Source of the DNA: Candidatus Rokuibacteriota bacterium
GTDB lineage: Bacteria > Methylomirabilota > Methylomirabilia > Rokubacteriales > CSP1-6
NCBI GenBank assembly: GCA_040902295.1
Contig: JBBDXO010000294.1
Coordinates: 3,232 to 43,096 of the forward strand
Direction of reading: 5' to 3'
DNA length: 39,865 nucleotides
Shown in pieces: positions 18,227 to 27,018 of this stretch. The translations under genes were made by a program, and so were the position numbers. Positions within the stretch are counted from its first letter, which is position 1; each line of letters starts with the position of its first letter. The notes under the pieces were generated by a model that made no database searches, was not told the origin of the DNA, and saw only the letters and a program-made list of their open reading frames with translations.

Positions 18227-19105
18227 ATGAGTCCCGCCATCACGCCGGCGATGATCGGCCAGGTGATCATCTCGGGGATCCTCGCCGGCTCGCTGTACGC
18301 GATGGTCGCGCTGGGGCTGTCGCTCATCTTCGGCGTCATGCGCGTGATCAACATCGCGCACGGGCCCATGCTGATGCTGGGCGCGTACACGACGTACTTC
18401 CTCTATGCCGGCTTCGGGCTCAACCCGTACCTGTCGCTGCCCATCTCGATGGCCGTCCTCTTCGTCCTCGGCGCCGTGCTGCAGCGCGCGCTCGTGTTCC
18501 GGGTGGTGGACGCGCCCGAGCTGTCGTCGCTGCTGCTGACGTTCGGCATCTCGATCGCGCTCGTCAACGTCGCCCAGCTCGCCTTCACCTCCGACCTGCG
18601 CTCCGTGGAATACCTCACCGGCTCGTGGGTGGCGGGGCCGTTCGCCTTCTCCAAGCCGCGCGTGGTGGCGTGCCTGATCGCCTCCGCCATCACCGCGGGC
18701 GCCTTCCTCTTCTTGCAGAAGACCCGCCTCGGCAAGGCCATCCGCGCCACCTCGCAGAGCCGCGAGGTGGCCATGGTGTGCGGCATCAACGTGCAGCGCA
18801 TTCACCTCCTGTCCTTCGGCATGGCGGCCGCCCTCGCCGCCGCCGGCGGCACGCTCATCTCGATGATGATCGCCATCCAGCCCGAGATGGGCCAGATCTG
18901 GACGTTCAAGTCGTTCCTCGTCATCGTCCTCGGCGGGGCCGGCAACTATCCGGGCGCGCTGCTGGGCGGCCTGCTCCTCGGACTCATCGAGCAGCTCGCC
19001 TCCCTCTTCCTCACCACCCAGCTCTCCGAGGCCGTCGCCTACGTGCTCCTCGTCGTCGTCCTCCTCGTGCGGCCAACGGGGCTGCTCGGAGGCCGGCAGA
19101 CGTGA
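18227..19105 (+). CDS. livH: ABC transporter permease LivH
   Basis: YAMVALGLSLIFGVMRVINIAHG, TRLGKAIRA, VLGGAG. Confidence 0.93.
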   Translation: MSPAITPAMIGQVIISGILAGSLYAMVALGLSLIFGVMRVINIAHGPMLMLGAYTTYFLYAGFGLNPYLSLPISMAVLFVLGAVLQRALVFRVVDAPELSSLLLTFGISIALVNVAQLAFTSDLRSVEYLTGSWVAGPFAFSKPRVVACLIASAITAGAFLFLQKTRLGKAIRATSQSREVAMVCGINVQRIHLLSFGMAAALAAAGGTLISMMIAIQPEMGQIWTFKSFLVIVLGGAGNYPGALLGGLLLGLIEQLASLFLTTQLSEAVAYVLLVVVLLVRPTGLLGGRQT

Positions 19106-20031
19106 GCGGGCGCGGCCGGATGTTCGTCGCCGGGCTCGCCGTGCTCGTGCTCGTGCTGGCGGTGTACCCGTCCTTCGGAAGCGGCTACGGGGTGCGGTCG
19201 ATGCTGCAGCTCTTCATGTGGATGGCGCTCGCCGGCTCGTGGAACCTCATCTCCGGCCTCACCGGCTACGTCTCCTTCGGCCACGTCGCCTTCTTCGGCG
19301 CCGGCTCCTACACCGCCGCCATCCTCATCACGAAGGCCGGATGGCCGTGGCTGGCCGCCTCCCTGGCGGGGGGCCTCGGCGCGTGCGTGCTCGCGCTGCT
19401 CATCGGGTATCCGTGCCTGCGGCTCAAGGGGCCCTACTTCGCCATCGCCATGCTCGGCCTCAACGAGGTGCTGCGCGCGCTCGTGTCCTATTTCGAAGGG
19501 CTGACCGGCGGCGGCCTCGGCCTCTCGCTGCCCACGCTGCAGGCGACGGTCCCCGTGTATTACGTGATGGGTCTCACCGCCATCGGGGTGACCGCGCTCA
19601 CGTACGTCATCATCACCTCGCGCTTCGGCCTGCGCCTCATGACCATTCGCGAGGACGAGGTGGCGGCGGAGGCGATGGGCATCGACACCTTCCGCCACAA
19701 GCTGTACGCCTTCCTGCTCTCCGCGGTGGGCCCGGGCATCGTGGGCGGGCTCGCCGCGCGCGACCAGGGCTACATCGAGCCCATCAGCGTGTTTCCGCTC
19801 GCCATGACCATCACGATGATCGTGATGGTGCTCTTCGGCGGCAAGGGTACGGTGTGGGGGCCCGTGCTGGGCGCCGCCACCCTCTTCATCTTCCAGGAGC
19901 TGGTGTGGGCGCAATTCATCTACCTGCACCAGCTCCTCTTCGGCGCCATCATCATCGGTGTCGTGCTCCTCATGCCGCGCGGCGTGCTGGGCCTGCTGCA
20001 GATGAAGTACCGCCTGCCGCGGACGATCTGA
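19102..20031 (+). CDS. livM: ABC transporter permease LivM
   Basis: WNLISGLTGYVSFGHVAFFG.G.Y, LRLKGPYFAI, IREDE.AAE.MGI. Confidence 0.93.
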   Translation: MSGRGRMFVAGLAVLVLVLAVYPSFGSGYGVRSMLQLFMWMALAGSWNLISGLTGYVSFGHVAFFGAGSYTAAILITKAGWPWLAASLAGGLGACVLALLIGYPCLRLKGPYFAIAMLGLNEVLRALVSYFEGLTGGGLGLSLPTLQATVPVYYVMGLTAIGVTALTYVIITSRFGLRLMTIREDEVAAEAMGIDTFRHKLYAFLLSAVGPGIVGGLAARDQGYIEPISVFPLAMTITMIVMVLFGGKGTVWGPVLGAATLFIFQELVWAQFIYLHQLLFGAIIIGVVLLMPRGVLGLLQMKYRLPRTI

Positions 20032-20738
20032 TGGTGACGCCCGTCCTTGCCGTGGAGGCGATCCGCAAGAGCTTCGGCGGTGTCACCGCCGTCGACCGCG
20101 TGTCGCTCACGCTGGCGCCCGGGAAGATCTACGGTCTCATCGGTCCCAACGGCTCCGGCAAGACGACGCTGTTCAACTGCATCACGGGCATGGAGCGTCC
20201 CGACGGTGGGCGCGTCCTGCTCAACGGCCGGCGCATCGACGGCCTCAAGCCGCACCGCATCGCCAACATGGGCGTGGGGCGCACGTTCCAGGTCATCCGG
20301 GTCTTTCCCGAGCTCACCGCGCTCGAGAACCTGCTCGTCGTCACGCGGGGCCCCCGCGAGGAGGCCGAGCAGCGCGGCCTGGAGCTGCTGCGCTTCGTGA
20401 AGATCGAGCGGCTGCGCGACGAGTTCGCGGGCAACCTCTCCTACGGCCAGCAGAAGCTCGTCGAGTTCATCCGGATGCTGATGACCGAGCCCTCGCTCAT
20501 CCTGCTCGACGAGCCCGCGGCGGGCGTCAACCGCACGCTGCTCAACGACCTGCTGGAGGCGGTGCGGGGGCTGCGCGACGAGGGCCGGACCGTCCTGCTC
20601 GTCGAGCACGACATGAAGGTGGTCATGGGCCTGTGCGAGACGGTGTTCGTGCTCGACCACGGCGAGAAGATCGCGGAAGGGCCCCCCGGCGTCATCCAGT
20701 CGGACGAGCGTGTCATTGAAGCGTACTTCGGCCGCTAG
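20031..20738 (+). CDS. livG: ABC transporter ATP-binding protein LivG
   Basis: GPNGSGKT, RTFQ, LSYGQQK, LLDEPAAG, VIEAYFG. Confidence 0.93.
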   Translation: MVTPVLAVEAIRKSFGGVTAVDRVSLTLAPGKIYGLIGPNGSGKTTLFNCITGMERPDGGRVLLNGRRIDGLKPHRIANMGVGRTFQVIRVFPELTALENLLVVTRGPREEAEQRGLELLRFVKIERLRDEFAGNLSYGQQKLVEFIRMLMTEPSLILLDEPAAGVNRTLLNDLLEAVRGLRDEGRTVLLVEHDMKVVMGLCETVFVLDHGEKIAEGPPGVIQSDERVIEAYFGR

Positions 20739-22185
20739 CGCCGCCCTCGTGGGGGGGCTCGCGGCCCTCGTGGCGTGCCTGACGTGGAGGTCGCTGCCCT
20801 GGCCCCTCATCCACGACGCGCCCATCATGCACGACGTCGCCACCCGGATCGCCGCCGGCGACGTGCCGTACCGCGATCTGTTCGACATGAACATGCCGGG
20901 CGTCTGCCTGCTCCATCTCGCGCTCGTGCAGACGCTCGGCACGGGCGACGTCGCGTGGCGGGTGTTCGACCTCGCGTGGCTCGCCGCGGGCGCGGTCGCC
21001 ATCGCGGCCCTGGCCGCGCCGTGGGGGCGGCCGGCAGCCGCGGGCGGCGCCCTCTTCTTCGCGGCCTACCACCTGGCCGGCGGCGCCTGGCAGGCCGGGC
21101 AGCGCGACGTCCTGCTCTGCCCGTTCCTCCTCGTGGGCGCCCTCGGCGCCGCGCGGTGGGCGGAGGACGGCTCGCGCCGCCGGCGCGCCGTGAGCGTGGC
21201 GGCATCCGGGCTGGCGCTCGGCGCGGCGATGTCGATCAAGCCGCACGCGGCGATCTTCGCGGGCGCGCTTCTCGTCTTCATCGCCGTCGTCGCCGGGCGA
21301 GCCGCCGTCGGCGCGGCGGCGATCTTCGCCGCGGGCGTCGCCGTGGTGCCTGCCGCGCTCGTGCTGTGGCTGGCGGCGGCGGGCGGCCTCGCCGCGTGGA
21401 CGGACATCGTCGTGCGCTATCTCCTGCCGGTGTACTCCACGATCGGCCGGCCCGCCCTGTGGGCCGTTCACCGGTGGCACGTGTGGATCCCGCTCGCGCT
21501 CGCGGTGGCGCTGTCGCTCACGAGCGCGGCGTGGGCCCGGCGGTTGGGTCCGCGGCACGCGGTGGCGGTGCTCGGCCTGGCGTACGGGCTCGCGCACTAC
21601 GTCGGGCAGGGCAAGGGGTGGGAGTACCACCTCTACCCGCTGGCGGCCTTCGCCGCCGTCCTCGCCTTCTGCGAGCTGGAGGCGCTGCTGGCCGCGCGGC
21701 GGCTCCTCCTCGGCGCGCCGCTGGCGCTGAGTCTCGCCGCCGCCGCCGTCCTCCTCGGCGTCAAGGGCGTGGAGGCGTCGCCGGCGGCGTGGAGCTGGGA
21801 CAAGGAGGGCGTCGTGCGCCAGCTCGAGCGTGACCTTCGCCTGCGCGTGGCGCCCGGCGACCGCGTGCAGGTGCTCGACACGGCCGAGGGCGGTGTGCAT
21901 GCGCTGCTGCGCCTGCAGGCGCGCCAGCCCACGCGCTTTCTGTACGATTTCCCGCTCTTCACGGCAGACCGGGCGCCCATCACCGCCGCCTTGCGCCGCG
22001 AGTTCATCCGCGACATCGACGCGCGCCCGCCGCGCTTCATCGCGCTCTTCGAGCGCGGCTGGCCCGCGGGCGGCCACGATCGCGTCGACCGCTTTCCCGA
22101 GCTGCGCGCGCGACTCGCGGCGCGGTACGAGCTGGTGGAGTGGCGCCCCGCCTTCAAGCTCTATGGCCGACGACCCCGTCCGTAG
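20710..22185 (+). CDS. Multi-pass membrane glycosyltransferase (GT-C, ArnT/PMT-like)
   Basis: N-terminal TM then IHDAP...G.VPYRDLFD.NMPG loop; many TM helices; GKGWEYHLYP; C-terminal soluble domain. Confidence 0.65.
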   Translation: MSLKRTSAASAALVGGLAALVACLTWRSLPWPLIHDAPIMHDVATRIAAGDVPYRDLFDMNMPGVCLLHLALVQTLGTGDVAWRVFDLAWLAAGAVAIAALAAPWGRPAAAGGALFFAAYHLAGGAWQAGQRDVLLCPFLLVGALGAARWAEDGSRRRRAVSVAASGLALGAAMSIKPHAAIFAGALLVFIAVVAGRAAVGAAAIFAAGVAVVPAALVLWLAAAGGLAAWTDIVVRYLLPVYSTIGRPALWAVHRWHVWIPLALAVALSLTSAAWARRLGPRHAVAVLGLAYGLAHYVGQGKGWEYHLYPLAAFAAVLAFCELEALLAARRLLLGAPLALSLAAAAVLLGVKGVEASPAAWSWDKEGVVRQLERDLRLRVAPGDRVQVLDTAEGGVHALLRLQARQPTRFLYDFPLFTADRAPITAALRREFIRDIDARPPRFIALFERGWPAGGHDRVDRFPELRARLAARYELVEWRPAFKLYGRRPRP

Positions 22186-22810
22186 GATCGTGGCCGCCTA
22201 CGACGACCCCCTCGTGCGGGCCTACTGCCGCGCGCGCTTTCTGATCATGCGCCCGCGCTTTCTCGAGGAGATCGGGCAGTACCTGCCCGCGTCCGGGGCC
22301 GTGCTCGACATCGGCTGCGGGTTCGGGCTCTTCTCGCTCTACTACGCCGCCACCGCGCCCGGCCGGTTCGTGCGCGGGGTGGACGTCAACGGCCGCCGCA
22401 TCGCGCAGGCACGCCGGGCGGCGGCGCGCCTGCGCATCGACAACGTGCAGTACGAGCAGGGCGACGCGCGCGATTTCAAGGGGGACACCGCGGTGGCGGC
22501 GGCCTACATGCTCGACATCGTCCATCACGTGCCGCCCGCCACCGTGCCCCCGCTGCTGCGGCAATTGCGACGATGCCTGTCCGCGGGCGGCATGCTGCTC
22601 GTCAAGGACGTCGACACGCGGCCCGCGCTCGCGCGCTGGTTCACGTGGGCGCTCGACAAGGCGATGGCGCCCTCCGCGCCGGTGCGGTACTGGAGCGCCG
22701 ACGAGCTCACGGCGGCGCTTGCCGCGGCGGACTTCCGCGTGCGCCGTCACCGCCTGGTGGACGTGCTGCCGTACCCCCACATCCTGTACATCTGCGAGGC
22801 GCGCGCGTGA
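22163..22810 (+). CDS. Class I SAM-dependent methyltransferase
   Basis: VLDIGCGFG, GVD, GDARD, DIVHH, L..GG.LLVKD. Confidence 0.9.
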   Translation: MADDPVRRIVAAYDDPLVRAYCRARFLIMRPRFLEEIGQYLPASGAVLDIGCGFGLFSLYYAATAPGRFVRGVDVNGRRIAQARRAAARLRIDNVQYEQGDARDFKGDTAVAAAYMLDIVHHVPPATVPPLLRQLRRCLSAGGMLLVKDVDTRPALARWFTWALDKAMAPSAPVRYWSADELTAALAAADFRVRRHRLVDVLPYPHILYICEARA

Positions 22811-23535
22811 TGGCGACCATGGACACCACGCTGCTGCTTGCGGAAGGGATCACGGCCGGCTACGGCAAGATCGACATCCTGCACGACGTGTCGCTGCACG
22901 TGAAGCCGGGCGAGATCGTGAGCATCATCGGTCCCAACGGCGCCGGCAAGTCGACGGCCTTCAAGGCGATCGTCGGCTTCATCACGCCGCGCCGGGGCCG
23001 CATCGTCTTCAACGGCGAGGAGATGACAGGGCTGCGGCCCGATCTCGTGCTGCGCCGGGGGCTGGCCTACGTGCCCCAGGGCCGCATCGTCTTCCCGCAG
23101 ATGACCGTGCTCGAGAACCTCGAGATGGGCGCCTACATCGAGCGTGACGCCGGCCGCATCGCGGCCTCCCTCGAGGTGGTGTACGGCCTCTTCCCCATCC
23201 TCGCCGAGCGGCGCCGGCAGAAGGCGGGCACGATGTCCGGCGGCGAGCAGCAGATGGTGGCCATCGGCCGCGCCCTCATGACGGCACCGAAGCTCATCAT
23301 GCTCGACGAGCCGTCGCTGGGGCTGTCGCCGAAGTTCGTGACGCTCATCTTCGAGAAGCTCGTGGAGATGAAGCGGAGCGGCTACACGCTGATGGTCGTC
23401 GAGCAGAACGCCGCCCGCGCCCTCGCCATCGCCGACCGGGGCTATGTCCTCGAGCTGGGCCGCAACCGGTTCGAGGGGGCGGGCCCGGCACTGCTGGCCG
23501 ATCCGGAGGTCAAGCGCCTGTACCTCGGCGGCTGA
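22810..23535 (+). CDS. livF: ABC transporter ATP-binding protein LivF
   Basis: GPNGAGKST, YVPQGR, MSGGEQQM, LDEPSLGLSP, VEQNA, YLGG. Confidence 0.95.
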   Translation: MATMDTTLLLAEGITAGYGKIDILHDVSLHVKPGEIVSIIGPNGAGKSTAFKAIVGFITPRRGRIVFNGEEMTGLRPDLVLRRGLAYVPQGRIVFPQMTVLENLEMGAYIERDAGRIAASLEVVYGLFPILAERRRQKAGTMSGGEQQMVAIGRALMTAPKLIMLDEPSLGLSPKFVTLIFEKLVEMKRSGYTLMVVEQNAARALAIADRGYVLELGRNRFEGAGPALLADPEVKRLYLGG

Positions 23536-23543
23536 CGCGCCGG

Positions 23544-25070
23544 TCAGCGCGCCCAGGCCATCGCCTCGAAGTCGGCGAAGGCCCGCTCCAGCTCCCATTG
23601 CAGCCGCGCCTTGTCGCTGGCGTCGAGGAACGCCCGACACGCAGGCGAGGCGTGGCCACCCGCCGGCTCGGCCGCGCACGCCGGCACGGGGTGGAGGCTC
23701 GCCGGCGATTGCCAGAGGCTGGCGCCGGCCAGGAAGCTGTAGGTCAGGCTGTTGCGCGCGAGCTGCTTGAGGTCCCGGTAGCGCAGCCGATACGTCGTGG
23801 CTGCCCGCAGATATTCGTTCGTGAGGTCGATCCGGGAGACGCCTTCGTCGTCGGTGGCCAGGGTGACCGGCACGCCCGCGCTCAGGTAGTGGGGAAAGGG
23901 ATGCTGCGCGCCGGCGACGCCGAGGATCACGGCGTTGCTGGTGAGGCAGATCTCGACGAGCACACCGCGCTCTTGCATGATCCTGAATAGTCCCGCGGCG
24001 TCACGCTCGTAGGCGATGGCGACGCCATGCCCGATCCGTCTCGCCCCGGCCACCTCGACGGCCTCGCGGATGTGGAACCGCAGATCGGCCGGCGGTACCA
24101 GTCCGAGCGTCAGCTCGCCGGCATGCAGCGCCACGTTCACCTCGGGGTACTGCTCGGCGAGCCAGCCCACCATCCGCATGTGCAGGCTGTAGTCGCGGCG
24201 CGCCACGTGGAAGTCCTCGGGCGCGACCATGTTGATGCCGACGACGCGCCGCTCCGCCCGCGCCAGCTCGAAGGCGTAGACGAGCTGCGCGAACACGAGC
24301 GGCGGCTCGGCCGTCCGGGTCGTCTGTTGCAGATAGCGCCGCGTGACACGACAGGCCGGCGGCGGGCTGGCGCCGCCGCACGCGAGAATCATCGAGACGT
24401 CCCGCTCGAGCGCGTCGAGGTCGTTCGTGGCCTGCCCGACGAGGTCACGGAGCCCCGCGTCGAGCAGCCGTTGCCGGCTCGCGGCCAGGTCGCCCGCATC
24501 GAAGGGGAGGCCTCGCGCCAGCGCCTGCACCTCGCGTCCCCGCAGGGTGAGCATGATCTCCAGGTACACCACGTGCTGGTCGGCCGCCCGCGCCGCCAGC
24601 TCGGCCACCATGTCCGGCCAGCGCCGGTCGGTGGCGGCGCCGAACCGCCGGAAGGCGCCGAAGAACTGGTCGTGCCCGGACTGCGGCTGGGCGGCGAGGT
24701 TGCGGGTCGACAGGCCGTCGACGAGCGCGCTGTAGAAGGTGGGATCGCCGAGCGCCTCCGCCACCGGACGGCCGGCGCAGCCTGCGCAGCAGGGAGCGAT
24801 CACCCCCGTCGTGCTGTCGGCGCACAGCGGCGGGTCCGCCGTCGCCGCCCACGCGATATAGCTCTCCGCGTAGACGGCGCCGCTCAGGTGCGTGTGGATG
24901 TCGCCGCCCTTGGGCATCCGCTGCAGGAACATCCGCAGCATCGGCGGGTGATCGCGATGCCCATCGAGCCAGGCCCGGGCGCGCTCGTCGTTCGTGCCGC
25001 CATGGCCGCCCGCGGTGGCGCAGGCGGTGAGGAGCAGGAGGAGGCCGGCCAGCGCGATGCCTCGCGTCAT
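23544..25070 (-). CDS. Adenosine deaminase family lipoprotein
   Basis: Signal and lipobox (LLLLLTAC), MPKGGDIHTHLSG, LHAGE, RIGHG, EICLTSN, TDDEG. Confidence 0.88.
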   Translation of the reverse strand: MTRGIALAGLLLLLTACATAGGHGGTNDERARAWLDGHRDHPPMLRMFLQRMPKGGDIHTHLSGAVYAESYIAWAATADPPLCADSTTGVIAPCCAGCAGRPVAEALGDPTFYSALVDGLSTRNLAAQPQSGHDQFFGAFRRFGAATDRRWPDMVAELAARAADQHVVYLEIMLTLRGREVQALARGLPFDAGDLAASRQRLLDAGLRDLVGQATNDLDALERDVSMILACGGASPPPACRVTRRYLQQTTRTAEPPLVFAQLVYAFELARAERRVVGINMVAPEDFHVARRDYSLHMRMVGWLAEQYPEVNVALHAGELTLGLVPPADLRFHIREAVEVAGARRIGHGVAIAYERDAAGLFRIMQERGVLVEICLTSNAVILGVAGAQHPFPHYLSAGVPVTLATDDEGVSRIDLTNEYLRAATTYRLRYRDLKQLARNSLTYSFLAGASLWQSPASLHPVPACAAEPAGGHASPACRAFLDASDKARLQWELERAFADFEAMAWAR

Positions 25071-25852
25071 CGCAGGGGTCTTCGCAGGCGTGCGGAGAGC
25101 CGCTCTCGAAGCGACCGCACGTCGCTGGGCAGGCGATGCTTCCACTTCGTCGCGAAGTGGCGGAGAGCCGCCCGGCGCTGGGCAAGGTCCTCGCGCGGGC
25201 GCGCGGGCGCGCCGTCGGCCGTTCGGGTGCCGCCGCCACGGTGGAGGAAGGGGCTGTTGACGACGGCACAGGTGTGCCCGGTCTCGCGGACGGCGAAGGA
25301 CAGATCGCGGTCGTAGCCGTGGAAGAAGCCGTACGACTCGTCGAAGCCGCCGATGGCGTCGAAGAGGGGGCGGCGCACGGTGAGGCACACGCCGTCCACC
25401 GCGGCCACCTCCACGTGCTCGCCGCGGACGTTGCCGCCCTCCTGCAGGCAGTGCACGATCGTGCGGCCGGCGAAGCGCCCGTCCCGCCGTAGCCGGCGCG
25501 CGCCGTAGAGGCCCGCGAGGCCCACGCGACCGGCGTCGAGCGCCCCCCGCAGCCGGCTGAGCCAGCGCACGTCCTTCATCTCCGTGTCGTTGTGCAGGAA
25601 GCAGAGCACGTCGCCGGCGGCGAGGGCGGCCCCCTGGTTGAGGGCCCGGATGAGCCCGACGTTGTCGGCGTTACGGTGATAGCGGACGGGGAAGTGATGG
25701 CGGGCGCGCGCGAAGTGCTGCTCGGTGCCGTCCGTGGAGCCGTTGTCGATCACGCACAGCTCGAACGCTTCGCTGGTGCCGCGCAGGCTGTCGAGGCAGG
25801 CGCGCGTGAGCGCCAGCTGGTTGTACACCGCCATCACCACGCTCGTCGTCAT
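25067..25852 (-). CDS. Glycosyltransferase family 2
   Basis: SVVMAVYN, IDNGSTDGT, ALNQG, FLHND, GGFDE.Y..FHGYD.D. Confidence 0.9.
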   Translation of the reverse strand: MTTSVVMAVYNQLALTRACLDSLRGTSEAFELCVIDNGSTDGTEQHFARARHHFPVRYHRNADNVGLIRALNQGAALAAGDVLCFLHNDTEMKDVRWLSRLRGALDAGRVGLAGLYGARRLRRDGRFAGRTIVHCLQEGGNVRGEHVEVAAVDGVCLTVRRPLFDAIGGFDESYGFFHGYDRDLSFAVRETGHTCAVVNSPFLHRGGGTRTADGAPARPREDLAQRRAALRHFATKWKHRLPSDVRSLRERLSARLRRPLR

Positions 25853-25882
25853 CGCCCGCCTGTCGGAAGAGGAGAACGTCAA

Positions 25883-25912
25883 ACGGGGCTACGGATCGCT
25901 CCGTAACCCCGT
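25883..25912 (-). terminator. Hairpin terminator downstream of tRNA-Ala
   Basis: ACGGGGTTACGGA-GCGA-TCCGTAGCCCCGT followed by a short T run. Confidence 0.6.
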
Positions 25913-25920
25913 CCGGAATT

Positions 25921-25996
25921 TGGTGGAGCTGAGGGGAGTCGAACCCCTGACCCCAAGACTGCCAGCCTTGTGCTCTCCCAACTGAGCTACAGCCCC
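25921..25996 (-). tRNA. tRNA-Ala(GGC)
   Basis: GGGGCTGTAGCTCAGTTGGGAGAGCACAAGGCTGGCAGTCTTGGGGTCAGGGGTTCGACTCCCCTCAGCTCCACCA; full cloverleaf, G3:U70, encoded CCA. Confidence 0.97.
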
Positions 25997-26008
25997 ACGC
26001 GCCCGACC

Positions 26009-26037
26009 ACGATACAGGCCTCACGCGAGGCCGTCAA
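26009..26037 (-). promoter_or_regulatory. Sigma70 promoter of tRNA-Ala
   Basis: TTGACG-N17-TATCGT, 12 nt before the tRNA 5' end. The palindrome GGCCTC-N4-GAGGCC spans the spacer. Confidence 0.7.
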
Positions 26038-26044
26038 TGCAGGG

Positions 26045-26133
26045 TGGTAGGGGAGAGGGGATTTGAACCCCTAAGCCCTTGCGGGCACCGAATTTTGAGT
26101 CCGGCGCGTTTCGCCAAGTTTCGCCACTCCCCC
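26045..26133 (-). tRNA. tRNA-Leu(CAA), intact, with long variable arm
   Basis: GGGGGAG TG GCG AAACTTGGCGAAA CGC G CCGGA CTCAAAA TTCGG TGCCCGCAAGGGCTT AGGGG TTCAAAT CCCCT CTCCCCT A CCA; discriminator A73. Confidence 0.92.
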
Positions 26134-26982
26134 GCGCTCAGGATACTCCGGATCAAGTCGCGAGATAAACCGTTCGGCGATCGCGCGCTTACGCGCGAGG
26201 CAGGGGAGATCCGGAGCGTAGTACATCCACCCGAGGATCCGGAGAGATTTTCGCTTTGCGTATCGAAGACACCAGATCGGATGGTGGTTCGGGCGGGACG
26301 GCTGGCGCACCGTCACGCTTCCGTTCGCGCCGGTCATCTCGTGAACGACCGCCTGCAGCCATCTCACGAACGGGTAGCTTGCGGATACTATCGACACATA
26401 GAGACGCTCGTACACGTACCGTGGGTTCTTGGGCGCATGGTAGCGGTCAGTGTACGAGATGATCGAACCGTCTCCGTCGATGCAGCCACGGAAGAAGTCT
26501 GCGAAGTACTCGTGCGGGATGGCAAGAGGGCCCAGCGTGAGGCTCTTTGCCGGTGTCACTCCGATGTTCTCCAGCCAGTCATACAGCACCCGGTCGCTCC
26601 ATTGGAGCTTGTAGTACACGCCGCCGCACCCGCTGCGGTATCGCGTTATGCCGTTCGTGAGGCCGAGGCATCGTCGTAGACTTTGCAGGAGCGCAACATC
26701 TTTCGATGGAATCGCGAGATGCCTGCCGTCTCGGGAAAGGTTGCCGTCCGTAGCGATAAGGCCGACCGCATATGCGAGCGCCGGAGTCCAACGAGAGTGG
26801 GATTCGCCCCGCTTGGCTGGCGGTCCTCGCCGCCTCGGGGGTATCCCGAAACGCTGCAGGCGTCGACGAATGGTCATATCGCTGCACCCAGCAGTTGTTG
26901 CGATCTGGCTGATCGTGAGTCGATCCTCCAGGTAGAGGCGCCGCACCATCTCGGCATCGATCGGCACGTACCAGGGGTGCAT
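26071..26982 (-). CDS. Free-standing double-motif LAGLIDADG homing endonuclease with N-terminal HTH
   Basis: LAYAVGLIATDG and FFRGCIDGDG motifs; HTH LYLEDRLTISQIA..AGCSDMTIRRRL. Visibly less GC-biased than its flanks. Stop TAG lies inside tRNA-Leu. Start 26982 or 26997. Confidence 0.88.
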   Translation of the reverse strand: MHPWYVPIDAEMVRRLYLEDRLTISQIATTAGCSDMTIRRRLQRFGIPPRRRGPPAKRGESHSRWTPALAYAVGLIATDGNLSRDGRHLAIPSKDVALLQSLRRCLGLTNGITRYRSGCGGVYYKLQWSDRVLYDWLENIGVTPAKSLTLGPLAIPHEYFADFFRGCIDGDGSIISYTDRYHAPKNPRYVYERLYVSIVSASYPFVRWLQAVVHEMTGANGSVTVRQPSRPNHHPIWCLRYAKRKSLRILGWMYYAPDLPCLARKRAIAERFISRLDPEYPERGGVAKLGETRRTQNSVPARA

Positions 26983-26989
26983 CGCGTGC

Positions 26990-27018
26990 AGGATCATTCA
27001 AGGGTCAACACACGTCAA
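26990..27018 (-). promoter_or_regulatory. Putative sigma70 promoter for a leaderless endonuclease mRNA
   Basis: TTGACG-N17-GATCCT, 7 nt before ATG 26982. Confidence 0.45.

Noticed and set aside
26045-26997. Group I intron or intein hosting the LAGLIDADG gene
   Set aside because: The tRNA-Leu is uninterrupted, no second exon was seen upstream, and there are no intein splicing motifs (N-terminal Cys/Ser, C-terminal His-Asn).
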